A DNA stretch of 64,000 nt, taken from positions 141 to 64,140 of the forward strand of contig JAGOVW010000002.1 of NCBI GenBank assembly GCA_018060545.1, given 5' to 3'. Source of the stretch: Minisyncoccota bacterium (GTDB lineage Bacteria; Patescibacteriota; Minisyncoccia; Phycocordibacterales; UBA2100). Of this stretch, positions 37,081 through 47,911 are shown in pieces; position 1 is the first letter of the stretch; every line of letters begins with the position of its first letter. A model generated the notes under the pieces. The model saw only the letters and a list, made by a program, of their open reading frames with translations. It was not told where the DNA came from and ran no database searches. The position numbers and the translations under genes are program-made.

Positions 37081-37509
37081 TCATAGTCGTCGCTCGATTC
37101 GCTTTAGAACGGGAAGAAGTGCGTCGTCGCCTGTGAAGCTGGTACGGAGTAGTGGTATGAGATCGTGTCGGATGCGCAACGCATCAATCAAGATTTGGTA
37201 CTGACGTGCGTTGATGATGTAGGCCACTCCTGCACCGATCCCTGCACACACGGGAGGGAGTCCTATGCAGAAACAGAGTTGCGACTCACTGGCACCACTT
37301 GCGCACACACCGGCATATGCAAACAGTCCGACGCCCAACCCAATCACGGTAAGAAGATAGGGGAGCCATGCCAGACGGTTAATGAGCCGCTCAGCGAGTG
37401 CCAGCTCACGCACGGTACGCTCAGGCAATTCTCCTTTGAAACTTTTCGCATCGAGCACGAGTCGCCGATACACATCCTCACTGGGTGAGTACTTGTCCTC
37501 TTTCTTCAT
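37081..37509 (-). CDS. Membrane protein, unknown function
   Basis: ATG start (MKKEDKYSP), preceded by GGAGGT. Two TM helices. Confidence 0.45.
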   Translation of the reverse strand: MKKEDKYSPSEDVYRRLVLDAKSFKGELPERTVRELALAERLINRLAWLPYLLTVIGLGVGLFAYAGVCASGASESQLCFCIGLPPVCAGIGAGVAYIINARQYQILIDALRIRHDLIPLLRTSFTGDDALLPVLKRIERRL

Positions 37510-37579
37510 GGCAACCTCCAAGCAGGGTCTTCTGCCATTAAAGCGGGTACTGCAGGGAAGTCAACGCACGGTAGAACGG

Positions 37580-38503
37580 CTAGCTCGCGTGTATGAAAAG
37601 ATAGATATCTTCGAGTGCGCGGACGGCGTCGCCGGCCGCAATGTTGTTTTGATGGTAGAGCACATCTGTACAGTCTCCGGCTGCCCAGATGCGCGGGTGT
37701 GATGACTTTTGCGTGCGAGGATCAATAACCACTTGCTTGCGATCATTGAGAGTAACCGCGTCTTTTGCCCATTCGGTGCTTGGAATAAGACCTACTTCAA
37801 CAAAGATACCGGTGCATGGTACGTGGTTAATCTCGCCCGTTTGCTGGTGTCGCCACTTGATGCCGGTGACGAACTTTTCTCCGACCACTTCTACAATTTC
37901 GCAGAAGTGCAATGCGTGCATGTTTGGTTTTGAAAGTACTTTCTGAACTGTAACTTCGTCTGCGCGGAATGCGTCGTTTCGATCAAGTAGTGTGACACTT
38001 TTCACATACGCAAGCAGTTGTGCAGCTGTCTCAAAGCCTGCATTTCCACCACCAACGACAACTACATCTTGTCCTGAAAAGAGTGGGCCATCACAACTTG
38101 CACAGTAGGTGAGTCCCTTGTGTTCAAACGTATCGGCACCAGGGACGCCCAGTTTGCGGCGAGTAGAGCCTGTCGTAATCAAAAGTGTCGCCCCTTCATG
38201 TGTTTTCCCGTCAGCAGTAGTTACTACGACTTTGTCATCGTGTGCCTCGACGTGTGTCGCGGTTTGAGGAGCAAGGGTCGTGACAACATCTTGGCCGTAC
38301 GCCTCCACGTGGGCTTTGAGAGATTTTGCCAGATCAGCTCCAGAAATTGATGGAGTTCCTATCCAGTTTTGAATGTCGGTTGAAACCGTGCTTTGTCCGC
38401 CCCACTCTGCAGTAATAAAAAGGGTCTTGAGGCGCTTTCTTGCGGCATACACGGTGGCAGCTGCGCCACCTGGGCCACCACCAACGATAATGAGGTCGTA
38501 CAT
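37580..38503 (-). CDS. trxB: Thioredoxin-disulfide reductase
   Basis: FAD motif IIVGGGPGG. Redox-active CASCDG. NADPH motif VVVVGGGNAG. Confidence 0.85.
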   Translation of the reverse strand: MYDLIIVGGGPGGAAATVYAARKRLKTLFITAEWGGQSTVSTDIQNWIGTPSISGADLAKSLKAHVEAYGQDVVTTLAPQTATHVEAHDDKVVVTTADGKTHEGATLLITTGSTRRKLGVPGADTFEHKGLTYCASCDGPLFSGQDVVVVGGGNAGFETAAQLLAYVKSVTLLDRNDAFRADEVTVQKVLSKPNMHALHFCEIVEVVGEKFVTGIKWRHQQTGEINHVPCTGIFVEVGLIPSTEWAKDAVTLNDRKQVVIDPRTQKSSHPRIWAAGDCTDVLYHQNNIAAGDAVRALEDIYLFIHAS

Positions 38504-38604
38504 AACGAGGAATGAGGGTTAGATGATATGTACCTATACAGACAAAAGCTCGGTACCTAGAGAGTCTAGCATGAGGAATGTACGCAATTCCTGTGCACAA
38601 AAGG

Positions 38605-39288
38605 TTACAGCTGTGGCGTAATCTTTACTACGCTCGAACTGAACCGGTACAGGAGTGCTGGTCGTGCACGTACTCCGGTACGTTTCTTTTTTAGCGGAGT
38701 AAGCACATTGAGCATGTCAATTTTTTTTCTGAAGTTGCGCTTGTCTAGCAATTCACCTCGGACGCTTTCATAGGCAATCTGCAGTTCTGAAAGGGTAAAT
38801 TCGTTGGGGAGCAATTTGCTGATAAGTGTGCTGTACGAAATGCGGGAGCGCAACCGCTCAATGGCGGTTTCTAATACTTCGGTGTGATCGTATGCCAGGC
38901 GCGCGGTGTGAGCAACGGGTTGCCATTGTGCAGAGGGAGTATCGGCTTGCTCGAGTGTTGAGAGTGTGTCCCACGGTACCAGTGCCAGATACGCCACCGC
39001 GACCACACGCCCACGCGGGTCCCGATTCACGTCGCTGAAGGTGAACAACTGTTCCATGTGCGCTTTCTCGGAGTCGATACCGCCGCGCTCTTTAAGAACT
39101 CGAGCCGCTGCTTCTTCTGCGGTTTCATCTTCTTGAATAAGGCCGCCAGGCAAGCCCAGCATGTTTTGAAAGTGGGGAGGGCGGTTGACCTGCATCACCC
39201 GCACATACAGCATGCGATCGCGAATGGTAAACAGCGCCACGTCAACGGCGAGTACGGCAAAGCGGAGGTGTTCAGGAGCTCGCTGCAT
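38605..39288 (-). CDS. NUDIX hydrolase with a C-terminal winged-helix-like domain (NrtR-like)
   Basis: Nudix box GLPGGLIQEDETAEEAAARVLKERGG. The C-terminal 70 aa are helix-turn-helix-like. Confidence 0.6.
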   Translation of the reverse strand: MQRAPEHLRFAVLAVDVALFTIRDRMLYVRVMQVNRPPHFQNMLGLPGGLIQEDETAEEAAARVLKERGGIDSEKAHMEQLFTFSDVNRDPRGRVVAVAYLALVPWDTLSTLEQADTPSAQWQPVAHTARLAYDHTEVLETAIERLRSRISYSTLISKLLPNEFTLSELQIAYESVRGELLDKRNFRKKIDMLNVLTPLKKKRTGVRARPALLYRFSSSVVKITPQL

Positions 39289-39375
39289 ACGTGCAGTGTG
39301 TATGGTTCACAGAGAGGTGTCAACTATACACCTGTGTCTGGACGTGCGAGCAGGGCCGTGCGTGAAAGACGTGTG

Positions 39376-40578
39376 TTACTTTCGGCGCAAGAAAGAGGGA
39401 AGAGATGCCCAGTCGTCTTCATCGTCCGCAAGAATTTTCTTTGCAGGCTCTGGTGCTGCGGGAGCGTCGTCGTGGTGCTCTGGCTCAACACCGGCAATTT
39501 CACCGCGTGGAGCCACTTCAGGCTCTTCCTTTACAATAGGACGTGGCTTTTCTTCAGGGACCGGTTTTACGACGCGAGGAGTGCTGACGCCGCTAAAGAG
39601 TGATGCCTTTGCGAGCATTTGCTCTGGGAAACCGGTAGCGATAACAGTAACTTTGATTTGTCCCTTCTTGAGAGTCTCGTCGGTGATTGCGCCAAAGATA
39701 ACCTTAGCATCTGGGTCGATCGCGTTGGTGATGACCTGTGCCGCATCCTGAATCTCGAGCATCCCGAGGTCCTCGCCGCCGGCAACAGAGAAGAGCACCC
39801 CTTTCGCGCCGTGGATAGACACATCGAGGAGCGGTGAAGAGATTGCAGCCTTCGCAGCTTCCTCGGCGCGCTTCTCGCCAGTACCCGTACCAATACCCAT
39901 GAGTGCCGAACCAGCGTTCTGCATAATAGTGCGTACGTCAGCAAAGTCTACGTTGATGATACCAGGGGTGGTGATGAGGTCGGAAATTCCTTCAACAGCT
40001 TGCTTCAGTATGTCGTCACACATTGAAAATGCATTCTTGATACCTGTGTCGCGAGAAACAATTGAGAGCAGCTTGTCGTTGGGAATCATGACCAGTGCGT
40101 CAACTGCTTTTTTGAGTTCGTTGATACCGTTATCCGCAAGGCGACCACGTTGTTGACCTTCAAATCCAAATGGCTTCGTGACGACGGCAACGGTGAGTGC
40201 GCCGAGTTCACGTGCAATTTGTGCAACCACAGGTGCTGCGCCGGTTCCTGTGCCGCCGCCCATACCGCACGTAACGAACACCATGTCAGAACCCTTGAGT
40301 GCTTCCTGAATTTCTTCTTTATTTTCTTCTGCAGCGTGTTTGCCCAGATCAGGATTCATTCCTGTGCCCAAACCGCGTGTCAGGTTGCGTCCAATATGAA
40401 TTTTTTTCGGTGCTTTTGAGCGGTGCAAGTCTTGTGCGTCGGTGTTAACGGCGATGAAATCAACCCCACGCACTTTAGAGTTAACCATGTGGTTAACTGC
40501 GTTGTTTCCAGAACCACCTACACCAATGACGCGAATACGCGCGAATGCTTCAATATCAGGTTGGACTTTCTTGGTCAT
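39376..40578 (-). CDS. ftsZ: Cell division GTPase FtsZ
   Basis: [24 protein letters not shown] and NVDFADV motifs. Confidence 0.9.
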   Translation of the reverse strand: MTKKVQPDIEAFARIRVIGVGGSGNNAVNHMVNSKVRGVDFIAVNTDAQDLHRSKAPKKIHIGRNLTRGLGTGMNPDLGKHAAEENKEEIQEALKGSDMVFVTCGMGGGTGTGAAPVVAQIARELGALTVAVVTKPFGFEGQQRGRLADNGINELKKAVDALVMIPNDKLLSIVSRDTGIKNAFSMCDDILKQAVEGISDLITTPGIINVDFADVRTIMQNAGSALMGIGTGTGEKRAEEAAKAAISSPLLDVSIHGAKGVLFSVAGGEDLGMLEIQDAAQVITNAIDPDAKVIFGAITDETLKKGQIKVTVIATGFPEQMLAKASLFSGVSTPRVVKPVPEEKPRPIVKEEPEVAPRGEIAGVEPEHHDDAPAAPEPAKKILADDEDDWASLPSFLRRK

Positions 40579-40697
40579 AAATATCGTTTGTCTTTAGGTC
40601 GTTTTTATAGCCGCTCTTTTCACATGCTTCCATTCACAAGACTGGCTAACGAAGCCAATAGTATCAATAAACAAGTACCGCCACAATACTTGCCAAT

Positions 40698-41891
40698 TTA
40701 GGGCAAGAGTGCCTTAAAAAAGCGTTTAATGCTCTCTCCGACGCCTTCAAACAGGTTAGTTTCGGTGCGATGAGCATCTGTCGAGTACCCCCACTTGCAC
40801 AAGCCGTAGGCAACCGCCCACGTGGCATCCGCTGCAATCGCGCGAGAAGCACTCTGGCCCATACTGCCCACCTGGGATGGAAGTCGCATCGTTGCCTTCG
40901 CTAAATCACTCACGCTGGCAATGCCAGAGCCGCCACCGGTGATAACAATTCCCGCTGGAAGTAGACGCTGTTTCCCGATTGCTTTCAGGTGTGCATCAAT
41001 GAGTCCGAAAATATCTTTCAGTCGGCTTGAGATAAGCTCATCAATTTTCTTCTGCGGCACATCGCTTCCGATGACTGCGCCGCGCTTGAGTTGTTCTGCC
41101 TCGTGGAGTGGCAGACGCAATTGAATTGCAATGTCGTTCGTGATTGCCGATGCGCCAACAGGAAGTACTTTCACTGAAACGGGCGTGTCGTTTTCAAAGA
41201 CTGCGATCGAGACTGTTTCAGCTCCAATGTTTGCCAAGACAACACCAGCAACTTTCTGCGGCTTGGTAAGAGTAACGAGACTTGCAGATAGGGGAGAAGC
41301 CATGACGTCTTCAACCTCGACACCGGCGGCCTCGACTGCTTCCACGATATCGTGGTAGTGCTGTTCGAGCGCTGTAATGAGGAGGGTATCAACGGCAAGT
41401 TTTGTGCCTTTCATACCAATGGCGCGCCCTAGTACCGCATTACCATCGACACGGAAACCAATAGGGAGGCTGTGGATGATTTTGCGGTTTGTGAGCTGAC
41501 CTGATGCTCTTTTCTCTGCCTCGCGAATTGCACGATCTATGTCGCGCTCGGTTACTTCGCCTCCTGATGGTGTGAGGGTTACATCACCAGTTGCACGAAG
41601 TTCGTCGAGACCGACACCGCCTATGGCCACACGGGCTGACTGCACGCGCACTTTAGCCATCTGAGACGCCCTATCAAAAGCCTCCTTGATACTTTTTGAG
41701 GCGTCTTTTGTGTTCACGATGTACCCATGACGCATGCCTTTTGAAGAGGCGGTGCCGGTACCAATAATTTTGAGCGGTGCATCAGGAGTGTCGGCTACCG
41801 CAGCAATCACCACTTTCACGTGGTAGGTTCCAATATCAATGCCTGCGTAGACGCGTGCCATATAAGTCGGCACGTAGTGCCTTGATTTCAT
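40698..41891 (-). CDS. ftsA: Cell division protein FtsA
   Basis: Actin-like ATPase. GIDIGTYHVKVVIA. Start moved to MKSRHYV, preceded by AAGGGG. Confidence 0.8.
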   Translation of the reverse strand: MKSRHYVPTYMARVYAGIDIGTYHVKVVIAAVADTPDAPLKIIGTGTASSKGMRHGYIVNTKDASKSIKEAFDRASQMAKVRVQSARVAIGGVGLDELRATGDVTLTPSGGEVTERDIDRAIREAEKRASGQLTNRKIIHSLPIGFRVDGNAVLGRAIGMKGTKLAVDTLLITALEQHYHDIVEAVEAAGVEVEDVMASPLSASLVTLTKPQKVAGVVLANIGAETVSIAVFENDTPVSVKVLPVGASAITNDIAIQLRLPLHEAEQLKRGAVIGSDVPQKKIDELISSRLKDIFGLIDAHLKAIGKQRLLPAGIVITGGGSGIASVSDLAKATMRLPSQVGSMGQSASRAIAADATWAVAYGLCKWGYSTDAHRTETNLFEGVGESIKRFFKALLP

Positions 41892-41954
41892 TGTAACCCC
41901 TTGAACCCATTGCCTAAAGCGCTTACTGGGGTGGATAACGGACAAGATAGAGCG

Positions 41955-42368
41955 TTATGCGTCCTTGAGATACTTGTGCGTGAACTTTTTTTCTAGCGCA
42001 TCCATCCGGGGGCTATGATCATGCCCAAGCAGGTGCAGGCAGGCGTGAACGTATAAAAAGAGCAGATGTTCACGTACGGAATGTCCATACCGTTTTGCTT
42101 CACGTCGCGCCTTGCGAGGATTCAGCACTATTTCTCCACTCGCTTTACCTGTTTGGAAAGAGAGCACATTTGGAACGTACGATTTTTTTCTAAACTCTTG
42201 ATTGAGTGCGCGAGAACGACGGTCGCCGAGAAGTGCGACGGAAACAGCAAAGCGTGGCCCCAGAATGTCTTTTGCTATCGCACAAAATGGTACGCGTGGC
42301 AGTGGGCCACGCGTACCATTGTATACATCGCACTGGACTGTTTCCGGCTGTGGCCGGACTGAAGCCAT
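41955..42368 (-). CDS. ybeY: rRNA maturation endoribonuclease YbeY
   Basis: HACLHLLGHDH zinc-binding motif. Confidence 0.8.
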   Translation of the reverse strand: MASVRPQPETVQCDVYNGTRGPLPRVPFCAIAKDILGPRFAVSVALLGDRRSRALNQEFRKKSYVPNVLSFQTGKASGEIVLNPRKARREAKRYGHSVREHLLFLYVHACLHLLGHDHSPRMDALEKKFTHKYLKDA

Positions 42369-42370
42369 AC

Positions 42371-42625
42371 CTAGCGAGCAGCACCGCGGCGCGGCTGGCG
42401 CTCCTGAACTTTTCCTTCTTTGAGAAGCTGTGCAAACTCTGCACGGCGCTTGATGCGCTTGAGGGCGCGCTTCTTCTTTACTGCATCTGATGAAGCTCGC
42501 TCCCAGTAGCGACGATTACGGGTTTCTTTGACGATGCCAGTACCCTGAAGCTTGCGTGTGAATTTACGAATCACGCTCATGCTGTTTTCGGTTCCGACAC
42601 GTACTATTTCTGCGTTTATTGCCAT
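42371..42625 (-). CDS. rpsU: 30S ribosomal protein S21
   Basis: MAINAEIVRVGTENSMSVIRKFTRKLQGTGIVKETRNRRYWERASS is a typical S21. Confidence 0.8.
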   Translation of the reverse strand: MAINAEIVRVGTENSMSVIRKFTRKLQGTGIVKETRNRRYWERASSDAVKKKRALKRIKRRAEFAQLLKEGKVQERQPRRGAAR

Positions 42626-42736
42626 ATGTCTGAGGACTGTACCACGTAGGGAGGGGGAAAGGCAAGGGGAGAAAGGGTTGGGGAGTTACATAAAAGAAGC
42701 GGCGGCACCAAGGGTGCCGCCGCTGAGGGTGGAATG

Positions 42737-43531
42737 CTACGCGCCGGTTATCCGACGGAGTGGCTGCTCGTTGTTGCTGAGCCGCACAATGCCCGACGCC
42801 GCTACAGAACGGCCGGCACGAATGTCTCGGATGACCCGAAACCATACGGGCGTGCTCGACCACCACAGACGCAGGCTCGCTTCTCTAGGATGAGTAGGCG
42901 AGATAGCAATCTGCCCCATGCGGTACAGAGTACGCACACGTTCGATGTGGTGCGGCGAGCGCAACCCTTTACCGTCAGCAAATCGAGCTTCGAAACTGCT
43001 GGCGGAAAAGTAGACCAATTGCTCTTCTGTCACGAGGAAGAGCTTCAGTCGAGCAGGGATGCCGGCGTACTTTTCGCACACCAGGAGCCCCTGATACACG
43101 GGGTAGTCCATTTCGCTGGCGATAAGTGCGAGTTTTGGCAACGCACCAGCCATGCTCACCAGCTGGTTTAAGAACTGGTCGTGTTGGTCCACATTGCCCA
43201 GCACAACACATTCACGTCCGTGCTCGGTCTGCATCGCTGCGCTCTGCACTGCGCGTGCCAAGTGTTGCCACTCGGCCACGTCGGCAACGCTCAGCTTGCC
43301 CACGCCTTCCCATTCGAGATGGGGTTGGTTCGTGGCATCGAACGTCAGCGTATGCAGCTGCACGTCGATGTGCTGCAGGCTGGTTTGGCTGCGCCACTTC
43401 AGCCATTGCTGTAAGCGGCGCCCGACATAGGCGACCATGGCCAAGGTGACGAGCGCGGCGATGATCGCTGGTATGCGATACATAGCCGGCACGCCAAAGT
43501 AGTCGATGAACGCCTGGATTAAGCCGTCCAT
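42737..43531 (-). CDS. Membrane-anchored hypothetical protein
   Basis: 264 aa. N-terminal TM, no motif recognised. Confidence 0.45.
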   Translation of the reverse strand: MDGLIQAFIDYFGVPAMYRIPAIIAALVTLAMVAYVGRRLQQWLKWRSQTSLQHIDVQLHTLTFDATNQPHLEWEGVGKLSVADVAEWQHLARAVQSAAMQTEHGRECVVLGNVDQHDQFLNQLVSMAGALPKLALIASEMDYPVYQGLLVCEKYAGIPARLKLFLVTEEQLVYFSASSFEARFADGKGLRSPHHIERVRTLYRMGQIAISPTHPREASLRLWWSSTPVWFRVIRDIRAGRSVAASGIVRLSNNEQPLRRITGA

Positions 43532-43636
43532 AAGGTATTCCTTTCCCTTCGTTGTAACTCCTATGATTAAACCATTTTATATATACAAAGTCAAATAGCA
43601 TGGCGGCGCCCTTTGGGCGCCGCCATATCAGTGTCT

Positions 43637-44107
43637 TTACGCACGCTGAGCGTTGGTTCCTGCGATCGTGCGAACACGCGTGAGGAGTGCTGTTGCTGAA
43701 GCAACTTCGATCGGTGTTGGGTCGAGGCGCAACTCATTCCCTTGATGCTTAACCCAGTATCGAGTGAGGGTGCCGTTGATAAATGCAAGGTGCATGGTCG
43801 TGCGCCATGGCATGTGCACCTCGATCTGTTCTAGGCGTACCTTGGCGTCCTCCGGTGTTCGATACGTGATGGCATGTTGCGGTGGCTCGTTGAACTCGAA
43901 CATCACTGCATTTCCCCACGCCTCTCCGGGCACAATGCGTGTGTGGTATGCGTTCGGCGCGCAGGCATCAAGTTCCGATAGCTGTACGGGTGTCTCGAGT
44001 TTTGCCAACCATTCTTTGAGTGCCTCCCAGCCGCCATAGTACATAGCGACCATGAGCAATGCAGAGAAAGGCAGGAGAAAGACGAGGATGCGTGTATCTA
44101 CAGGCAT
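43637..44107 (-). CDS. Membrane-anchored hypothetical protein
   Basis: 156 aa. N-terminal TM. Confidence 0.45.
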   Translation of the reverse strand: MPVDTRILVFLLPFSALLMVAMYYGGWEALKEWLAKLETPVQLSELDACAPNAYHTRIVPGEAWGNAVMFEFNEPPQHAITYRTPEDAKVRLEQIEVHMPWRTTMHLAFINGTLTRYWVKHQGNELRLDPTPIEVASATALLTRVRTIAGTNAQRA

Positions 44108-44167
44108 TGGGTGCTCCTATGTCAGGTGTCTGGCGAGACGCTAACAGGAGGCGTACTGTTCGGCAAG

Positions 44168-45349
44168 TTATGCAACGCCAAGTCGGCGTCGGCGAAGGTA
44201 GCCCGGCAATTCAGGAAGAAGTACCGATTCTTGGAAATTGCTGCGTACATCGCGCACGATCATCGTGCCCTCCATTGCTTCTTTGTGACCCATCACTAAG
44301 AGCCATGGCACATTGAGGCGTTTTGCATCGGCCATCTGTGGGGCCAACTGTTCGTATGCAAGTGATTGGTGTACTGGAATTTCTGCGCGACGCAAAAGTT
44401 CAAGTGCGGGGAGTGTTCGGCGTCGTGCTTCTTTGCCGAGGTGCGCAAAGTATACCGAGGGTGTTGCGTTGTATCGTTTCATTTTTGCAGGCACTTTCGT
44501 ATCGAGCACAATTGATACGGTGACTGCGGAGGCACCTGCGCCCACGCAGCGTCCTGCCAGAGAATCGTAGCGTCCTCCGCGTGCAAACGGTGTGCGAATG
44601 CCCGTTTCTTCGTCAACACTCGACACTTCAAAGAGTGTGTGTGCCCAACAGTCTCTGCTTCCCAATACGAGTGGATTGAGTTCATAGAAATTGCCTGAGA
44701 GTTCCAAGTACTCGAGCACATCCCAGAAGTGACGACGCTCTTCTTCATTCAAGTAGTCCATAGATACGGGCGCACGATTGAGTTGAGGGTGCCCTTTTTC
44801 GGCGAGGTTCAGGAGCACACCAATCGGATCTGCTGGCAGACGCTGTTTGAGGTGCGTCGGGAAGTCTTCACTATACTTGCGCAAGAAAACACCAAGATCG
44901 CGTGCGTAGCGTGCCGATGACTCGCTTGAACCAATACTGTTGATATGCACGACGCGCTTCGCGATGCCCACGTCTCCGGCGATTGCGTCAGAAACGGCGA
45001 TGAGAAGTCCTTCAGCAATGGCATCAGGGATTCCGATCGCATGCAGCTCGAGTGCTGTTGCCGTGCCTTTTTCTCCAGGCATGAGGCGATACAAAAGTAC
45101 TGGCATGCGCTTGTCTCCCAGTCCTTGCACGGCGCACACTTTAACAGCGCTCACGAGCATGCGTTCTTGTGCGCGTGAAAAAGAAATATCTTTTGTATCA
45201 AGTTTAGTGGTGCGCCCGGATACGACGCCGAGTTCACCCTTGGGGGCATTCTCGAATGGAATGAATCCGTAAAACTGTGCCACACGCGCTGCACGTTCCA
45301 GCATCTCTGTCGCAGACTTACACTCTTTGGCACTTTGCGTCGTAATCAT
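44168..45349 (-). CDS. hisS: Histidyl-tRNA synthetase-like class II aaRS with a class IIa anticodon-binding domain; motif 2 appears degenerate
   Basis: Motif 3 RGGRYDSLAG and a C-terminal HGTP_anticodon-like domain are present. The motif-2 region reads LLYRLMPGEKGTATALELHAIGI, not the canonical FRyERPQkGRyRqFhQ. Confidence 0.55.
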   Translation of the reverse strand: MITTQSAKECKSATEMLERAARVAQFYGFIPFENAPKGELGVVSGRTTKLDTKDISFSRAQERMLVSAVKVCAVQGLGDKRMPVLLYRLMPGEKGTATALELHAIGIPDAIAEGLLIAVSDAIAGDVGIAKRVVHINSIGSSESSARYARDLGVFLRKYSEDFPTHLKQRLPADPIGVLLNLAEKGHPQLNRAPVSMDYLNEEERRHFWDVLEYLELSGNFYELNPLVLGSRDCWAHTLFEVSSVDEETGIRTPFARGGRYDSLAGRCVGAGASAVTVSIVLDTKVPAKMKRYNATPSVYFAHLGKEARRRTLPALELLRRAEIPVHQSLAYEQLAPQMADAKRLNVPWLLVMGHKEAMEGTMIVRDVRSNFQESVLLPELPGYLRRRRLGVA

Positions 45350-45374
45350 AAAATGAACTACAAGAGCTAATAAG

Positions 45375-45971
45375 CTATTCTTGATAAGTGGCCTCGCCAG
45401 GCAAGAGATCTATCTCGGTGAAAGGGAAGAGGCGTACTAGTGCGCGTCCGACAATATTTTGCTTTGGCAATGCTCCCCAGGTGCGCGAATCAGCACTTGC
45501 TCGGCGGTTGTCGCCCATGACGAAGTACTGGTCGTCCTTGAGCTGCATCGTGAGTTCCGTCGGGCGCGTGTTTTGTGCAGAAATATATGGCTCCGAAAGG
45601 ATAAAACCTTGTGGATGTTCGGTGTTTTGAACTAAGACGGTGTCTCCTTGGAGCACAACGGTCTCACCAGGTAGTCCGATGATGCGCTTGATAAAGGAGC
45701 GGCTCGGATCGTGTGGATATTTGAATACAATCACGTCGCCACGCTGCGGATCATCAAGGCGATAGCTGACACGATCGACGACGAGATAGTCGAGTGTCTC
45801 AAAGGATGGATCCATAGAAGCTCCTGAGACTAAATAAGGTGCTGCAACGTACATGCGCACAAACAAAGCAACGAACAGCGCGAGGAGCGTGTATACGATA
45901 AGCGAACGATACTCTTGAGTGTTACCACTCGGTGCATCAACCACATTGTTGGATGCAAGCAAATCATTCAT
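45375..45971 (-). CDS. lepB: Signal peptidase I
   Basis: SGASMDPSF (catalytic Ser) and GDNRRASADSR (box E). N-terminal TM. Confidence 0.85.
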   Translation of the reverse strand: MNDLLASNNVVDAPSGNTQEYRSLIVYTLLALFVALFVRMYVAAPYLVSGASMDPSFETLDYLVVDRVSYRLDDPQRGDVIVFKYPHDPSRSFIKRIIGLPGETVVLQGDTVLVQNTEHPQGFILSEPYISAQNTRPTELTMQLKDDQYFVMGDNRRASADSRTWGALPKQNIVGRALVRLFPFTEIDLLPGEATYQE

Positions 45972-46113
45972 GTGCTGCGCATTATACGCTCAACTTTTTC
46001 CTACACAAGTTTTTTTATCGCAGCACGCCACAAGAAAAAGTTTTTTCTTGTGGCGTGCTGCTTATTTTATTTTGCAAGTGGCACAAGTGACATAAATAGG
46101 TACACTTCTCCCT

Positions 46114-46692
46114 ATGAACTACGTCATTGTTGGTCTGGGAAATCCGGGGAATGAATACGATCGTACGCGTCACAACGCAGGAAGGATGGCAGTGGAGCTA
46201 TTTGCTAAGAAACAGGAGAGTGATGAGTGGCGAGAAGACAAAAAAGCGAACGCACTCGTTGTAAAAGTGGAAAAAAGTACGCTCGTGCTCCCCAACACCT
46301 TTATGAACAAGTCTGGGGCTGCCGTGGGGAAGTACGTAAAGAGTGTGAAGGCAGCAAAAAACCTTGTGGTTGTATACGATGACCTCGATTTGCCCCTAGG
46401 GCGCATAAAAATTTCGTTTGCCCGCTCTTCGGGAGGGCACAATGGACTTAAGTCAGTGGCGCGCGCGATAAAAACTGATGAATTCATCCGTGTGCGTATT
46501 GGCGTTTCTTCGCATACGCCCAAGGGAGTGGTGAAAAAGCCGCAGGGCGAGGAAGCAGTGCTGAAGTTCATTCTCGGTAAGTTCTCACCCAAGGACGAAC
46601 CTGAGCTTAAAAAGGTGCTGAAGACCACTGTAGAGGCTCTGGAGTGCATTGTAGAGGAAGGGTACGTGCCTGCGATGAATCGCTTCAACTAA
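46114..46692 (+). CDS. pth: Peptidyl-tRNA hydrolase
   Basis: MNYVIVGLGNPGNEYDRTRHNAG N-terminal signature. Confidence 0.85.
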   Translation: MNYVIVGLGNPGNEYDRTRHNAGRMAVELFAKKQESDEWREDKKANALVVKVEKSTLVLPNTFMNKSGAAVGKYVKSVKAAKNLVVVYDDLDLPLGRIKISFARSSGGHNGLKSVARAIKTDEFIRVRIGVSSHTPKGVVKKPQGEEAVLKFILGKFSPKDEPELKKVLKTTVEALECIVEEGYVPAMNRFN

Positions 46693-46787
46693 GGATGCTT
46701 CACGTGCACGAGGCTCTCGCACAAGGCTGTGTCTTGCGTCTCCTATTGCTGCACGGTAGCGTATGAGCAGCAACAGGAGGACTTCTC

Positions 46788-47189
46788 ATGAACACCTCGG
46801 GCATTATTGGGATTGGCATTGGCTTGGCGCTGGTGGTGGTGATGCGCAGTATACGGTCTTTGCGCGCAGACATTGCCGAGTTGAAATCGTCACTGGTACT
46901 CATCTTGCGCGAGATCGAATCGCACGAGTGGAAAGTGAGTCATTTTGAACCGCAAGGAAAATGGCGTGAAGACATGCTCGCCATGCTTGCTGACGCAAAG
47001 CATGCACTGACAGCGGCACAGCAACATGCGGTGCGTGTGCACTTGTCGCCGAAGATGCGACGGCGCACCAAGGAGCTGCGTGACCATGGAATGGCGCAGC
47101 TGCGGCAATATCAAAAATTCAAACGGGATACGGAGCTCTGGCGTGTGTATCTCTCAAACAAGCAGATCAGTGAGATACCGCATGCATAA
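46788..47189 (+). CDS. Membrane-anchored hypothetical protein
   Basis: 133 aa. N-terminal TM. Confidence 0.45.
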   Translation: MNTSGIIGIGIGLALVVVMRSIRSLRADIAELKSSLVLILREIESHEWKVSHFEPQGKWREDMLAMLADAKHALTAAQQHAVRVHLSPKMRRRTKELRDHGMAQLRQYQKFKRDTELWRVYLSNKQISEIPHA

Positions 47190-47233
47190 AGAATGCCCGG
47201 CGCGTACGCGCCGGGCATCACCTTTTCCAAAAC

Positions 47234-47734
47234 TTACTCTGGCACAAAGATCGTTGCGTCAACGCGTTGTGCAAGACGCACGCGAAGGAGCCGCCCATTG
47301 ATAGTGTATTTATCAGCCTGCTTGTGCGCGTCACTCATCATGATGATTGAGGGCGCACCTTTTACTGGTACGCAGATGATGGCCATGGGCTCTGTCGCAC
47401 TCAGATAGGTATTGCGCAACTCTTTCGCGTAGGGTGTTTCCAGTGCGTCCGCTTTGTATTCGTAGATCAGGAGTGTGTGGCCAATATGCGGAAGATCCTG
47501 AATATCCGCCACGATTCCCGTTTTGTGCGGTGGTTCATCCGCTACGCCAGCGACACCCATACGCCACAGGCAGACAAAGTGAGCGCAGGATTCAGGGCGT
47601 TTCGGGTAGATTCGGCACCCCACGCCGCGAGTGCAGTGTTTGCACCAGGTTCCTATGGGTTTATCCAGCTCTTGAACCATGTGCGTCTTGCAGCATGCCG
47701 TGCATGGGCCGCAGAAGCGCCTCTCGTGTTCCAT
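47234..47734 (-). CDS. YkgJ-family (UPF0153) CxxCxxCC zinc/iron-chelating domain protein
   Basis: CGPCTACC motif. Start moved to MEHERRF. Confidence 0.55.
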   Translation of the reverse strand: MEHERRFCGPCTACCKTHMVQELDKPIGTWCKHCTRGVGCRIYPKRPESCAHFVCLWRMGVAGVADEPPHKTGIVADIQDLPHIGHTLLIYEYKADALETPYAKELRNTYLSATEPMAIICVPVKGAPSIIMMSDAHKQADKYTINGRLLRVRLAQRVDATIFVPE

Positions 47735-47911
47735 ATGCCGTTCCTCTGTTGTGTGACTAACCGGCACTGTGCAGGGAAAGGAGAGGGGATGCAAGGGGTG
47801 GGAAAGCAGAAGCCTGGAATGTGCATGTGGCGGTAAAGGCGTGCACACATAAAATCCAGGCGGCACCGAAGGTGCCGCCTGGATTTCTACAACCTGTAAC
47901 CGTACTCTCCT

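Noticed and set aside
39567-40419. ORFs antisense or overlapping within ftsZ (for example 39567..39944, 40150..40419)
   Set aside because: They are antisense to a canonical FtsZ.
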